Assembly (NCBI RefSeq): GCF_000372725.1
Contig: NW_005201192.1
Location: 186,001 to 250,000 of the forward strand
Length of the DNA stretch: 64,000 nt
Direction of reading: 5' to 3'
Source of the DNA: Emiliania huxleyi CCMP1516
Taxonomy: Eukaryota
The position numbers and the translations under genes were made by a program. Below, one piece after another: positions 60,284 through 64,000 of the stretch. Each line of letters starts with the position of its first letter. Within the stretch, counting starts at the first letter, position 1. The notes below the pieces were generated by a model. That model saw nothing but the letters and a program-made list of their open reading frames with translations. It was not told where the DNA came from and did no database searches.

Positions 60284-61516
60284 ATGTACGCTGTCCAGAT
60301 CCCCGACGGTGTTTCCGCGGGCCAACAGTTCCAGGTTAATGTTGGTGGTCAGCTCATGAGCGTCCCTGTCCCGGCTGGCTATGGCCCCGGCATGACGATC
60401 AACGTTCAGGCGCCTCCGCAGGTGGCGCCGACACCAGTGATGGGCGCGCCGGTGGCGCCCATGCAAGCGGTGGGCCCTCCGATGCCGGTCGTGGCGGGCG
60501 TCGCCATCACCCCAGACGCCGCCAAGGAGGCGTACACGAACACGGCGGGTGACAAGGTGAAGCTCATCGACAGCGCGACGGCGGGCATCCTTGCGACCGT
60601 CGACGACTTCACGATCCGGCAGCGGGTCAAGTTCTGGGAGGCGCTGTCGCAGGGTTGTTTCGAGCAGTCCAACACGTATGACGTTTTCGACGCCCACGGG
60701 AACCACCTCTTCATCGTGCAGGAGCAGTCGGACGATTGTGAGCGCTGCTGCTGCGCGCCGTACCACTCGCTGCAGGCGCGCTTCAAGCTGGTCAACTCGA
60801 CGCAGCGCGTGTGGAAGACGCGCGGGGAGATTGAGACGCTCCCGACTGCCTTCACCGCGGACCGCGTCGGCTGCTGCGCCAAACCCTGCCTCGGCTGCTT
60901 CATCTGCACCGACGACTGCAAGGACGGCCTCTGGGTGCATGCCGGCGACGCGCAGGTGCCGACCGGGACGACGTTCGCGCCGCTCGAGCACACCGTCGGC
61001 TACGCGACGCAGCCCTCCTGCGGCGGATTCTTCGTGCCGACCGTCAACTTGATGCACCGCGACCGGCCCGGAGGCGCCGAGGGCTTCGAGCCGCTCGCCA
61101 AAGTTGAGGGGCCGTGCTGCTGGGGCGGCTGCTCCGAGCTGTGCTTCTCATCCGAGTTCCTCGTCTCGACGATGGGGCGCGAGACGGAGAACGCAAAGCT
61201 GCAGCTGGGCGACCTGGCCGTCATCACCAAGCAGCGGCCACGCGACTGCGGCTCCTTCGCAAAGGAGATGTTCACCGACAGCGACATCTTCACCATGGCC
61301 TTCAAGCCGGGGCACAACCTGTCGCCGCAGCAAAAGGCGACGATGATGGCCTCGCTCATCCTCACCGACTACATGTTCTTCGAGAACGACAACGGGATGT
61401 GCTACTGCGAGGGCTCCAAGCTCCACATCACCCTGTGCAACACGTACTGCTGCGGTCACACCTGCCCCTGTAAGGTTGTGCTCGACGGCAACAACAATAA
61501 CGGAGGCGGCGGCTGA
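60284..61516 (+). CDS. Phospholipid scramblase family protein, intronless
   Basis: IRQRVKFWEALSQGCFEQSNTYDV...LFIVQEQSDDCERCCC; Cys-rich motifs; EMFTDSDIFTMAF...QKATMMASLILTDYMFFE; Pro/Gln-rich N-terminus. Confidence 0.85.
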   Translation: MYAVQIPDGVSAGQQFQVNVGGQLMSVPVPAGYGPGMTINVQAPPQVAPTPVMGAPVAPMQAVGPPMPVVAGVAITPDAAKEAYTNTAGDKVKLIDSATAGILATVDDFTIRQRVKFWEALSQGCFEQSNTYDVFDAHGNHLFIVQEQSDDCERCCCAPYHSLQARFKLVNSTQRVWKTRGEIETLPTAFTADRVGCCAKPCLGCFICTDDCKDGLWVHAGDAQVPTGTTFAPLEHTVGYATQPSCGGFFVPTVNLMHRDRPGGAEGFEPLAKVEGPCCWGGCSELCFSSEFLVSTMGRETENAKLQLGDLAVITKQRPRDCGSFAKEMFTDSDIFTMAFKPGHNLSPQQKATMMASLILTDYMFFENDNGMCYCEGSKLHITLCNTYCCGHTCPCKVVLDGNNNNGGGG

Positions 61517-61951
61517 GGCGCATGCTGGTCGCTAGGCTCGCGGAATGAGCCTCGACCCCGTGCCGCCGTGATGGGGCCCTAACCGCCGCCGTGCTGGTCT
61601 TATACTGGTTACTGCTGAATTATACTGGCGAATTGCGTTATACCCATTATTGTTCATTAACCCCTTCTTCAGGTTCATTCAGGAAGGTTGGCGTTGGGGG
61701 TTCAATGGACTTAAATTATTTAGACAATACTAGAGTGTGTTTTGCTGAAAACCGAGCACTGTTTTCGTTTTACGACACAGTAGTCAGTAGTGATCAGTGC
61801 GACAGAGCGGAGGGAGACAGTGTAGTGTGCGATCTCGCGGGATGGCGCGCGCCGCGCGGGAACAGGGGACCTTTTCTCCCCGCCCCCCAGAGCGTGTACG
61901 TCTCACGAAAATCTCTCCAATTTCTCCCTCGGCTTACTGCTATCGCCGCGC

Positions 61952-64000
61952 TTATCTCGAGGCAACGCCGCAACTGGCCGAGTCGTCGCACGGAAATGTG
62001 TCTAGCTGCGCTCCACCCAGCGCCGTGGTGCGGCGCAACTTGGCGGCCACTCGCTTCCCTCGCAACCTCGCCTCGGCCTCGGCGAGTGGCGGCAAACGCG
62101 CGCTGGCAGGCAAGTCAGCGGGCGACCTGACGTGCGTGCCGTCCCGCTCGAAGAGCTCGAGGTGCAGGTCGACCTACGTGCAGAAGAGTCACTGACAAGC
62201 AGTCCTCTCGCAACGGCTCGAATGGTGCCAGTCGAGGACCTCCGCCACATCCGGCACCGCAGACAAGACTGCGTGGCGCACGCGCACCGCGTGCCGGTGC
62301 GCCTCGCGCACCGTCGCGTCCGGATCGATGATCAAACTCGCCTCCACCACCGCCCCGTCGCCGACAAAGCGGCCGGCGCCGCCGCCACTCCCAAAACTGC
62401 CGCTGTCGCCGCCCCTCTCGCCTTGGGCGTGGCCTCCGCTTCCGCTGCCGCCGCCACCGCCGCCTCCCCCTCCCTCGCCGCCGCCGCTGCCGGAGCGCCT
62501 GGTTCGCGCAAGCGCCCGAAGCTCGGGCTCGTGCAGCAACGCCCACCCGCCCTCTCCGACGCCTGTGTCGGTCGCGTCCCCCTGCCGCACAGTCCGCCAG
62601 TGCACGTTGGCGTGCGAGAGGCCCCACACGAGTCCCGCGGAGGCGGCGGAGGAGGCGGCGGGGGCGGCGGCGCATCCACCGGCGACGATGGCGGCTCGCA
62701 CGTCGGCGACGATCTCGTGGGACGGCCGCATGAGCTGGTGGAGCGACGGGTTGACGCGGCCCCCGACGACGAGGTCGCCAGAGTACTCGCGCCCTCCTTC
62801 GTTGCCGTACTCCGGCCGCTCGGCGTCGAGTGCGATGGAGACCTCAGCGATGCGGAGTCGCTCCTGAAGAGGGAGGAGGCGCTCAGAGACCGCGAGGTGC
62901 CACCGTCCTCTGCCGGCAGCGCTGCCGCGCCTCTTCCGACGGCGACGGCGAGGCGGAGCCGCTGAGCACGCGCAGCTTCGCGCGGGTGGCGGCTTGCTGC
63001 GCCGCCGAAACGGAGAGGTGGAAGGGCACCTGCAGCCGCAGCTCGACGGACAGGCCGGCGGGGCCGAGCCTCCGCGCGCGCAGGGACGTGACTCCGAGGG
63101 CCTCGAGGTCGTCCCCTGCGGGTGGAGGCGCGGGAGGGGGAATGGGCGTGGCGCGGGAAGGGCGGGCGGGAGGCCGCCCCGAGAGGCCGCGCGCCTAGCG
63201 CGAGCGACTCGATGGCGGCGAGGGTCTCGCTGTCGATCGCCTCCGTGTCGGTCAGCTCGCCGATGTTCTCCGCCGCCATCCCCACCCCCACCCTCGCAAC
63301 CATCCCCGCCACAACCAAGCCAGCCAGCGGGTCGAGCGCCGTCGCGCCCATCGCGCCGCCGACGACGCCGACGCCCGCCACCACCGAAGAGAGAGCGTCG
63401 GAGCGGTGGTGCCACGCGTTTGCGATGAGGGTCGGCGAGCGCGTGTCGATGCCTATACGGCAGGACAGGGCCCACGCGAGCGCTGGGGGAAGTGCCCACC
63501 AGGCGGGGAGGGAGGCGGCGCTGTCCGAGCGCCGATGCGGTGTGTCTCTCGGTACAGCACCTCCTTGGCGAGCACGCCGCCCGCCGCGGCCGCCACGGCG
63601 CCCCACTGCGAGCCGCTCAGCGCCACGCCCCACGCCTCCGACGCGTCCAGCTGCCTCGCCGCCTCGACTAGCTCCGCGGCAGGCAAGTGAGCGGCGGAGG
63701 GCAGCGGCACTGCGCCGGCCGCAGCCACCAGCGTCGCGGCGTCCGTCCCCGGAAGCACGGCGGCGGGTGCGGCGGCGGCGGGTGCGGCGGCGGTTGCGGC
63801 AGAAGCGGCACCTCCGGCGGCGGCGGCGTCAGGCAGCCACGAGAGCAGCGCATCCGGCGCGTGGGGCAGCAGGATCGGGAGGAGGCAGGAGAGGGAGTGG
63901 AGGCCGACAGAGAGGCCGGCGCCGAGGACGAGCGCGGAGCAAGCGGCCGCTCCCAGCGCCTCGAACTTGCCCGACCCGTACGGCGTGTCGCGCGACAGCG
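61952..64000 (-). CDS. Cation diffusion facilitator (CDF/MTP/MMT-like) metal transporter, 5' end outside the window
   Basis: PYGSGKFEALG; LAKEVLYRETHRIG; SPTLIANAWHHRSDALSSVVA; LDPLAGLVVAGMV; two dimerisation-type C-terminal domains (LRARRLGP..VELRLQV; TVREAHRHA...VDLHLE). Confidence 0.9.

Overview
This is GC-rich, intron-containing eukaryotic DNA with three N-gaps (17272-18000, 31942-32103, 33027-33491). Frequent GC-AG introns, intronic 10-11-nt tandem repeats, (CCCTAA)n and a bipartite plastid-type leader suggest a haptophyte such as Emiliania/Gephyrocapsa huxleyi (inference). Recognisable genes: a CRAL-TRIO/Sec14 protein, an F-type-lectin-like protein, XPD/ERCC2, a RibD-C/DHFR-like protein, a secreted cyclophilin, an actin-related protein, an F-box-like protein, partial VWA8, a GNAT-Nudix(NUDT22-like) fusion, a double-CXXC zinc-finger protein, a phospholipid scramblase and a CDF metal transporter. 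A four-gene block (MPBQ/MSBQ methyltransferase, coiled-coil protein, SpoU/TrmH methyltransferase, RPL32) occurs twice as a large inverted duplication (~33.5-39.7 kb vs ~43.0-54.9 kb). The left arm lacks ~5.1 kb beginning inside a transposon end, and the duplication may be two co-assembled haplotypes. Intergenic DNA is full of non-autonomous TIR elements, four with exact 8-bp target-site duplications and some carrying cargo ORFs. Other notable signals are introns containing copies of the adjacent exon start and a degenerate HDV-like ribozyme skeleton beside a structured repeat that flanks the GNAT-Nudix gene. Exon boundaries were read by eye, and no database search was run.
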